Assembly: GCF_964355755.1 (NCBI RefSeq)
Contig: NC_092670.1
Coordinates: 25,220,795-25,284,794, forward strand
Length of the DNA: 64,000 nucleotides
From: Antedon mediterranea
Taxonomy: Eukaryota > Animalia > Echinodermata
Direction of reading: 5' to 3'
How positions within the stretch are numbered: the first letter of the stretch is position 1; each line of letters begins with the position of its first letter. The translations under genes were made by a program, and so were the position numbers. Below, piece after piece: positions 1 through 13,889 of the stretch. The notes below the pieces were generated by a model, which saw nothing but the letters and a program-made list of their open reading frames with translations, ran no database searches and was not told the DNA's origin.

Positions 1-648
1 AAAGAAATTACTATAAAACGTAATTATATGTAATTATTTTAGCGAAAAATGGCGCAATTTGTTTACAACGTTCGTGGCTGCTAAAAACGATCATTTTCGG
101 CAATGTTTTAGACCCTATATTTCGAAAACTACAAGTCAGATTTTCGTAATTCTTTCTTTATTGGAATATTGAAACAAAATACCAACAGATAATGTTTAAA
201 TTGGTTGAAAAATAACAACTTTTAATTTTGCATCGTTATCCCTGCTAATAAAGTGTCATTTCCGGCGAACTAGAAAGGTGCCATTTATCATGGATTTTGC
301 GTGCGAGAGTGCCATTTCCGGCCATCTAAGTGTGTCCTGTAACAAAATTCGCTTCGCCACAACCCCCACCATGGGGGGGGGGGGGGGGGCTGTGGCTCAA
401 ATACTCAATATCTGATGTGCCCTTTTTATCGGCGGACCCCCCCTCTCAAAAATGTCTGGATCCGCCCCAGCCAACATATTTAAAAGGTAGTTATTTTTTA
501 TGTTGGTAATTGTTATTATGGTAGCCCAGAGGTGCCTTGCTAACTAAATGATATTTCCAATTCTGTGTGATCATAATTCCTATGATTTGGAGGAATTTCC
601 GGGTAGTAAATCAAATTTTGTTAATCAACTGTTTTTGTTTTTTTAAAG

Positions 649-1670
649 ACTATTTTAGATTGTTTCTTACAAACAATGGAAATGAGTTCACTTCCTTACA
701 GCAGTACAACATGGGCTATTGGAACAAAGCATGTCTTTCTAAGGTAAGATGAGGTTTATATATAATACAAATATTGCCTGCGTAGAGGGGAAATATAGCA
801 TAGGCTATGTATTTTAGTATTATTATGTAGTAAATTATTATTTTATAACAATATGGCTACACTCAACAAGTTAAGGAAACATTTAAAACATTTTTGAGTT
901 TTTGATATGTGTTGGTATAAGAAACAATGCAGCCTGAAATAAAACAATAGCCCATGGTTATAAATAAATTACATTTATTTATAATAAATAAATCAAATTT
1001 GCAATTCAATCATTTTCCAAACCTATAGTGAAGAAGCTGTGCAGTATCTGGAGCTATGTCAGATTGAAAGGCGCCACCAAGCCGCAATCACCATCCAGTC
1101 ACGTGTCAGAGGTTGGCATTGTCGGAGAAGATGGCCACTGTTGAAACGGCAACTAAAACTGCATCAAATCATGGTGAAGATAAAACGTGATGCACCTCCA
1201 TGCCGACCAAAGCTGTTTGATGTGTAAGTTGAATTACTTGCAATATATTTGTAACTTCTTTTCATTTTATTTTACCAGTTTTATATGTTTTTAAATGTAT
1301 ATTGTATATTGATAAATAATTCTATGTAGTTAAGTTCTTCCCCAGAGAGGCCCCAGACATATCATGTTATGGTGACTCTGTTGCCTTTGGGGTCCCAGCA
1401 CTTTTTTTATGTCGAATGAATAAATGGGAAAAGAATGAAACGAAATGTAATGCAACACATGGCGTACAAAAACTTTTGCAATATAAGAAGCAAATGAATT
1501 TGTAACATTTGGTACACCCATGTTTCTTGATATGGCTATTCGTGATATATAATGTTTATTTTTCAATTTAGCATGGAACCTCCTCCACCACCCCCTGGTA
1601 GACCCCCTCCTGACCCAGATGACCAACAGCACATTATGCAACAAACTAGGCAGATATATGGTGCAAGATG
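649..1670 (+). CDS. 3' exons of an unconventional myosin, Dachs/class XX-like (converter, IQ motif, Pro-rich tail); gene starts upstream of the window
   Basis: AG/GT-bounded exons ~649-743, 1029-1223 and 1572-1670 join in frame: ...TTWAIGTKHVFLS|EEAVQYLELCQIERRHQAAITIQSRVRGWHCRRRW...|MEPPPPPPGRPPPDPDDQQHIMQQTRQIYG. The converter motif GxxxVFL plus IQxxxRG marks a myosin. KHVFLSE and the PPPDP...QQT tail resemble Dachs as recalled, not searched. Confidence 0.75.
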
Positions 1671-1908
1671 GTAAGTATTATTAGATTCAACGTATTAGAT
1701 ATTGATAAAAAAAAATTATATTGATAATAGTATTTAATTTTTTCAAATTTTAAACCTCAACATTTATATTATAACTGCACAAAAAGTGATGGTTAAAAAG
1801 CAGTGAGGTAAAATTTATAGGGTGTCCAGAAGACTAAGATATCTTTTATGTCTTCTTCTAGATGTTTTTTGTTAGACACCCATCGGGTTTAAAAAAAATA
1901 AGACTTAA

Positions 1909-4900
1909 GAGTGCTTGTCACCAAAAATCAGACATATTCGTAATTTAGTGGCAAGGGTCAAAATTTCGAATTGGCTCATATTTTGCACATTGGTAGACCT
2001 TGATGTAAGGAAACCTGATGTGTAGTTTGTTTGGTAAAATATCGCTTAGTTTTCGAGAAAATCGAAAAATAACAATTTTCGGCCAATTTTGTTAATTTTT
2101 GGTGTATAATTTACATTAAGTTTAACAGCCTCTGGAAGCCAAACGTAGCTACCTAGCGTTTTAATATTTTACACTTATGTTAACTAGCATCTTGAAAATA
2201 ATTTAGTGAAGTTTCAAAAAATTTGATGAAATTCTAAGATTTTTACTAATTAATTACAAATTAGCATATATAAAACTCATAAAAAGTAGGGTAAAAACAA
2301 ACGCATTTTTTTTCATGTGCGACGAATTTTTTTAAATAAAAAAATCATCAATCTAAAGTTTAGATACTAATATTTATGAATCAAGTAAAAAAAAATTGGG
2401 GAAACTATTTTGCGCTCCGCGCCAGAGCCACAAAGTTGTAAGAAATTCAAAGATTTTATCTGTCGGCAAGATCAATCAGATGTACCTATTGTTTTCTATT
2501 TACAGATTTAAGGTAAATTTTACTAAGAGAAACAAACTTTATAGGTAAACTGAAAGGTCCTGAATAATTTGGAATCACGTTTTCATATAAACACAAACTA
2601 AAAATATATTTCTAGTAAAATTTAAACGACTAACCCATGATGAAATTAAGCATTTACTATCTGAGCTCAACATTATAACTCGCTTAGCTTCATCAAGCCT
2701 GTTATGTTTTCCACAAGGTGAATTTATTCGCGCGAATTGAACATTTTTTGCACTATACGCGCGCATGCGCAGTTTATTTTTTATCAACAAAGTGTTCCAT
2801 TGGGCGTGCGCGTATATGCGAAAATGTTTGATTTGCGCGAATAATTTTGCCTAGTGGAAAACAGGCTTTACAACATAATGTTCTTATCTTCTCATATAGG
2901 GAGTTTTCACACGAGCACGTTAACGCTATTTTCCAAGCTCCGCCCACTTTGTAAACAACTTGATCTGTGCGTGCGCAAGCATTACGAAAAACTTTAGTTA
3001 CGTGCGTCGATAACCTTATTTCTGAAAAATAGCGTCAATGAAAAACATGATTAAACATGCCTGGCTAGGCTTAGTCTCTAAACCCAAGGTATTCCATGAT
3101 TTATTTTAATACTTGTTGCGTATGTTGCGTGCGCTACACATGTGTTGCGTTCTACACTTCCCGTCGAAGCGCAAAATCAAAACGAGCAAGTACGTTAATG
3201 CAAATGTTCGCTGAACTCTGTTGTTATGCAAATGAGTAGAATGGTGACAACCCGTTCATGTGCTCGTGCGAAATTTTTTAATAATTTGTAGCCTAAACAA
3301 TAAATTATTGTTTTACCATTGTTACACCCTTCGCTTTATTACAAATTTACAGAACGCGACTTAAAATACTAACAATTTAGATAACAGAATCGTCCCACAT
3401 ATTAAATTGTTATTTTAAAGAATTCTCACAGACACAGTTCTACCTTCGTTGCTACCTTAATCAATCGAGCAACTGCAGGTGGAAACCAGCTTTCCCAACA
3501 AATCAATGTATGGCTTCTTGCGCTTTATGGTTATATCTGCGGTATCAAGTTCAAGAGAAGTACACATTTCTTGCAACATTGACAAAGAGAATCTAGAGAG
3601 TTTTTCTTGAGCTTTCAGTTCACATATATTATGCCTTTCAAACATTATTGGATGCTGCAAGCCTATTGTGTCCAGTACGGTTTGCGACAAAAGTTGAATT
3701 TCTCTTTCTTTTTCCGTTTTTGAATCGTCTCCATTTTCTTCTACTTCGTCACCATCTTCATTACTATCGTAATCATCATCTTCGTCATCATCATCATGAA
3801 CGGCTGCATCTGTCCTCCTTTTTTTAGCTAAGCGTGAGAAAAAACTTGCAATTATCTGCTGTGCTGTTAAAAATTCACTCTTGCTAAATAGATGTGAACC
3901 ATCGCTGTGCCTGGCCGATCTCATCTCTCGTGAGACATCACATGGATCAGCTTTCTGTCCTGTCTGCTCTCCAGCGTCAAAAACATCAATAAGGTAGGTT
4001 TTCTGTGGAACAGAAAATCGGGTTTTTTTTGCAGAGGACTTTAGCGCCCAGCCCATTTGCAGGTCGGGGCCAATGTCAAACCGTGGCAAATCGTTGGTTC
4101 TTGTTGGTTCTGGATTTTTAGAAGTACCCTCTTCTAGTTGTGTTGCGTATAATTTCATTGCCCTGTCATATAGTGTTTCATGTTCTAGTGCGTTCTTGTG
4201 ATTTTCATAATCTAAGTGTTTCTCTAGGGAAGAGTACCTCTGATATGACCTAATGCAACCTTGTTCGCGACAAAAGAACAGTTTGCTGGGGTTGCCAGGA
4301 CTTTCTTCACTTTCTATTTGGTCGTCGTCATTTATATCAGCTTGTTCTTCATGAGATGTCTTGGCTTGTATTCTTGGTTTTACTGTAATAAATGATACTT
4401 GATTTTGATCAGACGTTGTATCTTTGTTATGAATTAAATTGGGTAGTTTCGAGGGCACACAAAATTTACTCAAAAGTAGATTTTGTCCTGCACCAATACC
4501 ATACGCCATCCACACCTTCATGGACCTGCTTCCGTACTCTATGTTGTTGATGTGACTCACACCTTTCCATTTCCCTGCTGCACAAATAGTACCAGTAGGT
4601 AAAGCACAAACTATGACTTTCACTCCAGGAATGCCTCCAAAGGACTCAATTGCTGCCTTCATCTGCTCTGGATTTTCAATATCTTTTCCTGAATTAAGAT
4701 ATTTATTCATGTGATTTTTGATATGGGCTGCCTTGCGGTCACATGCGCCCTTCCCCCCTTGAGGGTCCGAAAAATCAATACGTCGGATTTTGATCTTCGT
4801 TTCTTTCGCTATCTTTGGTAACGAGAGTAATGTTAGGGCAGAGTGGTAGCATCCTGCATTATCTTGACGCAGATACACAGAGTGTATATCGGGTGCAATA

Positions 4901-7900
4901 GATGGCAGCTGCCTCAACACATCGTCGATGATTGCCACAACAGTAGTACTATCCTGACTGCAAGATTTAAAAATATGCACAAACGTAAGCATCTGTACCT
5001 CTCTATCTTTATTCTTTTTCGTCAAGACCGTTATGTGCCACGGAAGTCCACGCTTTCCAAACCAGTCTCTTTGGCTTTCGCGGTATTTACGTGGTAAAAA
5101 CTTCATCGCCCAGTCTAAAACAATTAGGGCACAACCAGGATTCAAATCTCCTAAGATATCATGTCGTGCAGCGTCTTGGTTAATGGATCTTAAGATATGC
5201 GCCTTCCACGTCTCGATGTCTTGGACTGACCGTGTAATTACGTACTCCATGTCATCTTTTTCTTCAGAAGAGCAGCGCACTTCGTTTAAAGCTTCATGAA
5301 TTATTTCAGACAAAGCTTCTGGAAATATACGACATCTGTCACATCTTGCATTGTGGTCATGATCACAGACAGTCTGGTAATAATTGTCTTCGCAAGAACT
5401 AAGAGCATACGCCCTACAATGATCGGCAACTTCAGAATGGTTAGAAATGTGAATCTACAATAATATATAAAAGAAATTGTATAAAAAATGTAATTAGTCT
5501 TGAATGTTTCTTACATGCTTTACTGAGCAACATTCAACGGGCTACTTTGCGTTTTTTTATTATATTGTTTTTCTATTTATACTGTAGCAGTTATCAAGAT
5601 ATTTAAACAAGATTGTTATTACCTTATAGTCACCTTTTAGGTAGCGCTTGGCATCTTTAAGTTTCTGGTTTTTTTGTTTGGCCCAAGTCAAACCCATTTC
5701 ATAGCAATCTCCCAGCTTATCAACGATGTTCTCCAGGTCATCGAAGGCTTTTCCACCATTGGCAGAGATATAATCAAGGCCCTGTAAGGATTTGCGTACA
5801 GAAGCAGAACAAACGCTGAGAACTCTACGCAATGTACTGCAGCTCATAGGTTGAAAATTCTTCTCTTGACAGTAACTCTCGTATTGAAGAATACATTGTT
5901 CTGGGATAAGATTACGCACAACATTTGGGATTTTTATAACTCTGTCTGTAGAAAGTTTTAGAGTTTTTTCTCCAAATGGCAAGTCTTGTATAACTTGAGA
6001 ACTTGTTATAAAGGTAACAAAGTGGTCAATTTTCCCTGGCTGTACGCATACTATAGTGTTCTTTAGAGGTTGAATTACAGAACCTCTACCATGTAACAAT
6101 AAATGGTGTTTGGCCACGTTAAAACGGTATCTAGTCAAGTTAGGTATCCATTTCTGCAGTTCCTTGAAGGTAACCTTATCAACCATGATCGATAAAATCT
6201 GACGTCTTGTATTCCAGTGGTTAGTATGAAGATAGCATTCTGATAGAGCATCTAATAGAGAAGAATCGGTTCTTTCGTCAGCTTCTGTGGTTTTATCACT
6301 TGATAAGCCTTCAAGTAGAGTAGTCGACTGACCAGGTGCGATTTCTTCCAGGCACATAGAGACAACTTGACGAGCCTTGCGCATGTGGAAACGTTTAGTA
6401 CGGTCTGAAACTTGCTCCAGCGGTGCAGATAAAGGATATCTAATTGGACTGACGTCCCTTGAATTGAGAAATGCATTTAATTTTTCTCTTGGTGTAGATT
6501 GAATTGATTCATCTTCTGAGGTAGTTGAAGCAAAAGTTGGATCACAAAATTGATATAGGCTCATTTGAGTATCCATAACATCACACGCCGGTGCTTGACA
6601 AGTTGGAGTGGCTAATGGCATGTAGAACTCATCCTTATTACTTTCCTGAAAATAAGAATAATATTGGTAAAAAATTACTACTGACTTTGATTCAATTATT
6701 GACGCACTGATTCGTGATATATATAAAATGATGATGACAATGGCAGGGAATGCAGAAAATATTCCTCCTACCACCAACATACGAAATAAAATGAACAAAG
6801 TAACATGAAACACATTATTTACTTAATCTTTCCGCCAATAAATGCCTATTCATAAATGTCATACTGTACGGTATTTTTTAACTTACAGTTGTTAGTGCGC
6901 TCATCTGATCGACGAGACTAGGGTTATTTGTTTCAGTGTTCGAGGTTACAGGTAACAATGACTTCAGCATCTTACGGCAAGTTGAACAGATACCTGATAA
7001 AAAGCGTAAAAACATTTACTTACAGGTTTTTTGTTTAGCAGTTTACATTAAATATATAAAAATATAAAAATTAAATTATATTTACCTGAACCAACTTGCA
7101 GGAAAGTTCCTGTTTTCTTTAATATTAGTTGCGAATCTTCTTTGCTAATACCCCTATCGCACTTGGGTCCCTTTCCCTTGCTTTGGATGTGATTAGAGAG
7201 ATCAGGCGGCACTCTACATCTGTTGTTATTTCCTCGAGACCAACCTAAGCCAAGTTCCGATCGATGCAAGGGACAAACAGTCCAACTATGTATATCAGCG
7301 GGCAAGATAAACATTGCTGCTCAACTAAGAATTAGGTCTACCTCACTATCGATGCCCGTAAACCTAAACATGGATCTGTGTGCAACGATTTCCTTCTGGC
7401 ATGCTTGTAAAGGTAGAACTTCAGTGCTCTGTTTGCGGTCTTTTCTATCGAATCCACATGCTCCGCCAACAACCGATTTAAAAGAACATGAAATCTCCAT
7501 CTTGTTTGAACTTAAAGCCATCAGACAATAATTATATATAAAAATTATTTTCAACACGTCTTTACATTGTAAGACATAAACTAAAATGGATAACAAATCA
7601 GTTCCGTTGTCAACGCCAATGAAGATATAGTTGTCTATCGAATATATGCAGTGTTTTGTCTACTGTGGTTAATGTTTTGAAACATTCTCGTTGAGTAAGT
7701 TCGACCAGGTTCGACAAACAGGAAAACGGTAACAAGTTAAAACAAATGTGTTTTTCACTTTTATCCTATATAAACTATGAGAGGATGGAATAATTTATAA
7801 TAATATGGTTTGACAAAGCATAAGCGAGTGATTTTTAGTTAATTGCTTAATTTCGTATATTGGTTAGTAATTGAAATTTTACCAGAAACGTATATTTAGT

Positions 7901-8593
7901 TTGTGTTTAAATTGCAACTTAACTCAAAATTATTCCAGGAACTTTCAGTTTATCTTTCAAGTTTGTTTCGCGTAATAAAAGTTTGGCTCAAAGCGACTTA
8001 GATTGCTAAATAGATAACAATAGGTACATCTGATTGATCTTGCCGACAGATAAAATCTTTGAATTTCTTACAACTTTGCTGCTCTGGCGCAGAGCGCAAA
8101 ATAATTTCCCCAAATTTTTTTTACTTGATTCATAAATATTAGTATCTGAACTTTAGATTCATGATTTTTTTATTTAAAAAAAATTCGTCGCACATGAAAA
8201 AAAAACGCGTTTGTTTTTAACCTACTTTTTAAGAGTTTTATTTATGCTAATTAGTAATTAATTAGTAAAAATCTTAAAATTTCATAAAATTTTTTGAAAC
8301 TTTACTAAATTATTGTCAAGATGCTAGTTAACATAAGTGTAAAATATTAAAACGCTAGGTAGCTACGTTTGGCTTCCAGAGGCTGTTAAACTTAATGTAA
8401 ATTATACACCAAAAATTAACAAAATTGGCCGAAAATTGTTATTTTTCGATTTTCTCGAAAACTAAGCGATATTTTACCAAACAAACTACACATCAGGTTT
8501 ACTTACATCAAGGTCTACCAATGTGCAAAATTTGAGCCAATTTGAAATTTTGACCCTTGCCACCTAATGTTTGATTTTTAGTGACTGGCTCTC
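1909..8593 (-). mobile_element. Sola3-type DNA transposon (6.7 kb), long TIRs, TTAA TSD
   Basis: TTAA at 1905-1908 and 8594-8597; termini GAG...CTC; ~600-660 bp terminal inverted repeats (1909-~2570 vs ~7925-8593); internal DDD transposase gene. TTAA TSD, GAG/CTC ends and long TIRs are the described hallmarks of Sola3. Confidence 0.88.
3457..7521 (-). pseudogene. Spliced Sola3 transposase with one premature stop
   Basis: Exons 7521/7500-7086, 6993-6887, 6645-5623 and 5454-3457 join in phase with GT/AG. Motifs: DYK|IH..VADHC..ALS..CDHDH..CDRC, VLDWAMKFLP, QRDWFGKRG.WH, LRQDNAGCYH, FSDPQGGKGACDRKAA, C-terminal C2H2-like finger. In-frame TGA at 7323-7321 in exon 1. Confidence 0.8.
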
Positions 8594-10217
8594 TTAATAT
8601 GTCTTTTCTAGATCTAGAAAACTAAGATATCTTAGGTCTTGTTTTTCTAGACACTCGTTTTTGTAGACCAACAGTGATCCCTCCTGAGTAGTTCTTGTGT
8701 ATAATTATTGGTTAGTGTCCTTTCCCTTGTTAAAGAAACAAAGTATGCACATTACCTATGGCTATCAATGTAGCTTAGTGTAAAATGTTAACTGTATGTT
8801 GATGTATTTTTCAGAAAATCCAATCAGCAACCGGAACCAAGACCTGATGTAGCAAAGTTTTTATTGGCCGGGTTTCTGTGAAACGTGCAATGATGTTAAA
8901 AAAGAATCTTTAATGTCAACAACTTTTATAATGCAATAACACTTTTTTTTTAGTTTTGGATTTGTTTTTTATATACTAATACTGGTTGAATTTGTGAATT
9001 GAGTAAAATGTTCTTGTGAGGAACATTGCATGTGTATCCCTGTATTAGGTAAAAATTATGATAAAGTAATAAAGGTAATTGTCCGAGTACACTTCATAGA
9101 CACTTTTTGAGAATTAAACCTTTCCAAATGTCCAGTGGGTTTGGTTTCAATATTTTTACTTCGTTCCTTACAAAAAATTATACTCAATTACGTTTTAGTT
9201 TATTAAATGTTTTTTATATGTTTTTTATATATCTATGTTCATCACCAACATCCTGTAAGTGTTACATACTTTTAAACTAAATAGAACAGGTTATGTATGT
9301 GTATTATTTTACCTTCATATAGCATTACACTTATTACTGAACACTTTAGCACTAATAGACTTATGTTGTCTTATCACTAGCAATTGTCACTATCACTATG
9401 AATATTACATTTTATATCTATTTTTATTTTGATCCCACCTTATGAATTTACTTAGAAGAGGGTGTTATCAAAATGACGCATGAAAATAGACCAGCGTTTG
9501 AATTTCAGTAAGGAAATTTGTTAAACATTTTTAGTTATTTACCTTTAAAGTTCCATATTTAAAATTAATATAAATGTTTGTATTATTTAAAATATTGTAA
9601 AATATTTAAAATTGAAAGTTTTTATTAAAATGAAGTATAATAACAGTTAATTTTTGATTTACAGAGTGGTTTATTTTTCTTTCTCACACAAAGCATACTA
9701 ATACAATACTAATATATTTCTTATATAAATCTTGCTGTACGTGAAAAACAATTGCGCACACATTGCATATTGTGTAAAGCGCATTACAAATACATTTTTA
9801 CATACTGTAACATTACACTTAATATTGCACTCCAGAATTTCAGTTTTCTGTGAATTTGATTAAACACTAAAATATTTTCACCATCACAGTCTAACTTTAT
9901 ACCATTTATGTTTAGCATAATTCATTAAAAAAAAAATTAATCTGTCTGTCAAACTTCTGTTTGTAAAACTTATATCTGGAAAAGTCAGACCTGAATTAAA
10001 ACGAGAATAAAGTGAATATTTGTATTTATATATTAAAGCTACATTCACAATTGTTTTGTTCAGAATGAAAAATGTTAAATCTTAATTTTGTTAACAAAAA
10101 CTCCTCCATTGTGTGAATGGAAGTGTGAATTTACCTCTACTGTGAACAAAATGCTCATTTGAGAAGGATGACCATTGAAGTTGGCCCTGAGCCAACCTCA
10201 CGACTGTCAAAATTGAA

Positions 10218-13173
10218 TTATAGGTGTTTATAAGTTCGAACAAGTTCATCTTGAACAGTCATTCCCAGCGATGCTTCCAACTTGCTCAGTTCTTCCATAC
10301 ACGCTTCCCTTCTGGCATTGATTTGAGAGATCACTATGTCATGTTCATCACTCAACTTTTGAAAATCAAACTGACAAAATAAATATTATAATTAAAGTTA
10401 AAAATATATAAATGAACTCAAGAAGAAGAATATTTATGTATTTGAAAATATGGTGGTATTTCCTGTTTATCTTTCATTTGGTATGTCAACACTTTGTGAA
10501 TTGTTTATGTTTTAGTCCATTGAGCCAAGACTGGTTTGAAAATTTATATGGAATTATAATAGTTTTAATTCTCCCACATCCCACTATTGCTTACCAGATC
10601 TGGACCAGGAGGACTCTCCTTCAGTCCATGTGCTTCCCGTAACCTGTAATAAAATAAAATGGTTGAACAGTTTAATGCTAGGTATTACTGAAATCATTTT
10701 GAAGATAGTTGAGGCCAATGGGCATTGGTTGAACTGGCCAGTGGGCATTGGTTGAACTGGCCAGTGGGTATTGGTTGAACTGGCCAGTGGGCATTGGTTG
10801 AACTGGCCAGTGGGCATTGGTTGAACTGGCCAGTGGGCATTGGTTGAACTGGCCAGTGGGCATTGGTTGAACTGGCCAGTGGGCATTGGTTGAACTGGCC
10901 AGTGGGCATTGGTTGAACTGGCCAGTGGGCATTGGTTGAACTGGCCAGTGGGTATTGGTTGAACTGGCCAGTGGGCATTGGTTGAACATAGGCTTTGAAC
11001 ATTGTGCATTGAAAAAGGTAATGTAAAACTTACTCGTCACACATTTCAAATGTTTTCTTAATTGATGTCTGTAGAATGTTTATCTCATTTTGATACTGAA
11101 CAACAGAACATCCATCTTCATTTCCAATACCTGTTTTAACAATAGCAATGTGTTATTTGACCATTTTAAATTTGGATCTTGCATGACCTGTAAATACTAG
11201 TCATCTCTAAAATTCATATGCCCAAAATTAGACGTTCATGTACAGTGTTGCTCTTCCTTCATATTTTATACTACAATTTTGGAACAAAATATTATCCCTT
11301 TTTTTATACAACCACCCAATCCTATTATTACCTTTGATAACAAAAAAAGTAGTATTCATATGTTTGTTCCAAAATTATCTTATGTTCTTTCTTTCTGTTC
11401 ATCAAATTTCAAATTGGTGTTTCTACGAAATTCTTCAAATTTGCAAAAAAAAAATAGTATACTTTTCTTTCTTTAAAGCCTGTTGATGAGGGAACCATAT
11501 TGATTGACACTTAACTGACATATAAGTGCCTATGGTCCTATATTATGGTCTTATTATCTCACCTTTAAGTAATCTCTCTAAATCTTGTATTTCTTTTTGT
11601 ATTACATTGTAGCTTCGAGAATCACCATAACGACTGGAAAACAACCAGTATTTCATTTGTATATGTTGTATAGAAACATTGTTATTATCTTTATTCATAG
11701 TTCATCATCTTTATTAGTTATACCTACCTTGAATCATGCATCAATTTACCATCTTTGCCATATATCTGACCTTTTTTGGCATGAAAACAAACTTGTTCAT
11801 TTCGTATGTGTTTTGACTGAAAATAAAATAAATTAATATCATTTTGAATTACACTGAAGTGTGTGCACAACAGATAATATTTATGTATATATATATATAT
11901 CTAATGGATAAATGTGCATTCTTTGCTGCAACAACGTTACCAACTTACCACATCATAATGAAACAGCTCTTTTGGGTCCTAAAACAAAACAAAAAAAACC
12001 CCATTTATTACTCACAATATACTTTACAGTGGATAAAGTATTATGTAATAATGAACATCATCCACATCTGAAACCAAAACGTATTGGCTACTCACATACG
12101 GCTTAGGTGGGGTTGGTATAAGTTTACATTTGTTTTCATCCAGACAGTCCTGGGGTGGGGGAACTATTGACAATGGCTCCCGTTCTAGTTCATTCAAACA
12201 TGGAATAAAAATGAGGCAGTCTTCAGCAGTTACTCCACATCTGCAAAAAGAAAGAATTAGATTCTAATCTGCATCTCCTGAATCTGTCAGTCTTCATCAT
12301 TAGTGGTTCATTATTAATTTTTATTATACAATTTCTATGATGGTTTACTGACTACATCTGTTTGTTTACATTGTTTCAAAAGAATGATACTTTATTGACA
12401 TGTTTTTTGACTTTTTATGAATTTAACGACTTTTTTATTTGACCAGCAACCTGGTACATATGAATTGTGTCGTCGGTCGTCGCCTGGACTTAGCAACCAC
12501 CAAACCATGTCAAGGAATAGATCAAGGAAGCATGTACCAACTTGCCTACATTCACACAATGAGCTAACTTGTTCCTAGGTCATCATCATCACAAATTGAA
12601 AGCTCCCTATAATTAAACTTACACATCTTCATCCACAATCTCTGTGATCCATTTTGCTAGACTTGCTACCCCAGCTGGAATATTTCTTGGCAAAATACCA
12701 TTCTTTTTCATGGAAATCAATAGTTTTTGTGTACATTGCTTGGAATCAATGTTTAACTTATATGGGCAATGTTCTGTCTGCTCTTTATGTTCATTGCAGG
12801 TCACACCTTTTTCAATTCCAAAACTTTCTGGTTGAAGATTCACTTTATCATCTAGTGTTAAAAACACCTTTTGCGGTGCGCTTGGGGGCCTTTGCACTTT
12901 TTTATTTACATTTCTTACAGATTGTTTAGAGAATTTAAGTCGATCGTGACCTGTAATTGCTGATTTTGGTCGTACACTTTCAGTAAATTTCAAGTCATGA
13001 TAGCTTAGTTTGTCATCTCGTTTTTCATCAAGTGTAGTTGAGATTCTTGGTTTTGCGCTTTGGACTCTCCGTCTCATCATTGGACACTCGTGAAGTGGTG
13101 GTCTGTTCTCAGATGGAGGAACTGGTTCGAACATCAGCTGAGCAGTCTTTGGCTTAAGCCTTGGTGTATTCAT
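10218..13173 (-). CDS. Uncharacterised ~390-aa protein (basic N-terminus with RPxSA motifs, C-terminal coiled-coil-like region)
   Basis: Eight in-frame GT-AG exons: 13173-12623, 12240-12096, 11978-11949, 11817-11729, ~11633-11564, ~11130-11035, 10643-10595, 10370-10218. Reads ...KKGQIYGKDGKLMHDSSRYGDSRSYNVIQKEIQDLERLLKGIG...VVQYQNEINILQ...RREACMEELSKLE...YKHL*. Confidence 0.75.
10715..10987. repeat. 23-bp minisatellite, ~12 copies, intronic
   Basis: Head-to-tail GGGCATTGGTTGAACTGGCCAGT with no spacers. Confidence 0.95.
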
Positions 13174-13579
13174 TTTTTTCTATTTAAGAAGTTAACCTCT
13201 GAAAATAATTTATTTTGTGTATGTACTACTCACTAACTTCTGTATAAAAAAAAAATCATCTAGGCCTAGGCCTAATCTTTATTAATGCCCTGGCCTCTGT
13301 TGACTATGTCGGTCGATAGATAACAAGGAATTAGACTCACAGTTGACTGTACCCATAGCCTTCACGGCAACATCAACTATAATTGGCAACCTAAAATAAT
13401 AAAGGCCCTTCCTTCCATTTATTTACTAAGTATAGAGAGGAGGCTAAATCGTAACATATAGGCCTAGGCCTCTCTTTCTTTCTAGTCTCTCTCTCAGCTC
13501 TTAACCTTAGCCTACTAGGCCTAGCCTAGTCTAGCTAGAGGCTGCTAGAGAGGCTAGTCATGGACCCTGGTCTAAAACG

Positions 13580-13889
13580 TACAAAATAAAAATATCAATA
13601 ATATACACAAATGCATGAGGATACAGTCTGGCAGGCACAATTAAACACATATATCTTCTAATAATCTAAATGATTCTTGATTCATCATTTTTCTCCACCA
13701 ACGTCGACTAGATTGTTTACAGTCGCGATGACAAATTAAGGTCAAAGGTTGGTGAAGTTTTTTTTTACAAGTTGGACACTGGTGGTGGCGTTATCATTTT
13801 TGTGGAAAAAAATGAAAAAGTGCTGAATAACTAAAGTAAAATATACCAAATTACTTTTAATAACAGATTGTCCTTACTGAAAGGGGGTA
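13580..13889. promoter_or_regulatory. Probable bidirectional promoter / 5' UTR region between divergent genes
   Basis: The start codons of the minus-strand gene (13173) and NPL4 (13890) diverge ~700 bp apart; minus-strand 5'-UTR splice sites near 13197, 13340 and 13582. Confidence 0.5.

Larger units (their letters stand above)
1883..8658. repeat. Small hairpin/palindromic repeat split by the Sola3 insertion
   Basis: Removing the Sola3 and one TTAA rebuilds an imperfect ~85-bp palindrome centred on TCTAGATCTAGA (cgggtttaaaaaaaataagacttaatatgtc...agatatcttaggtcttgtttttctagacactcg). A related hairpin gggtgtc...gacaccc lies at ~1820-1881. Confidence 0.55.

Noticed and set aside
7321-7323. In-frame TGA as selenocysteine
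   Set aside because: Lies in a transposase, no SECIS evident; a nonsense mutation is simpler.
1909-8593. piggyBac or Kolobok assignment from the TTAA TSD
   Set aside because: GAG...CTC ends, very long TIRs and DWAMK/DNAGCYH/GKGACDR motifs fit Sola3 instead.
10584-11049. Three overlapping repetitive ORFs (WPVQPMPTGQFNQCPLASSTNAH)n
   Set aside because: Artefact of a stop-free 23-bp minisatellite inside an intron.
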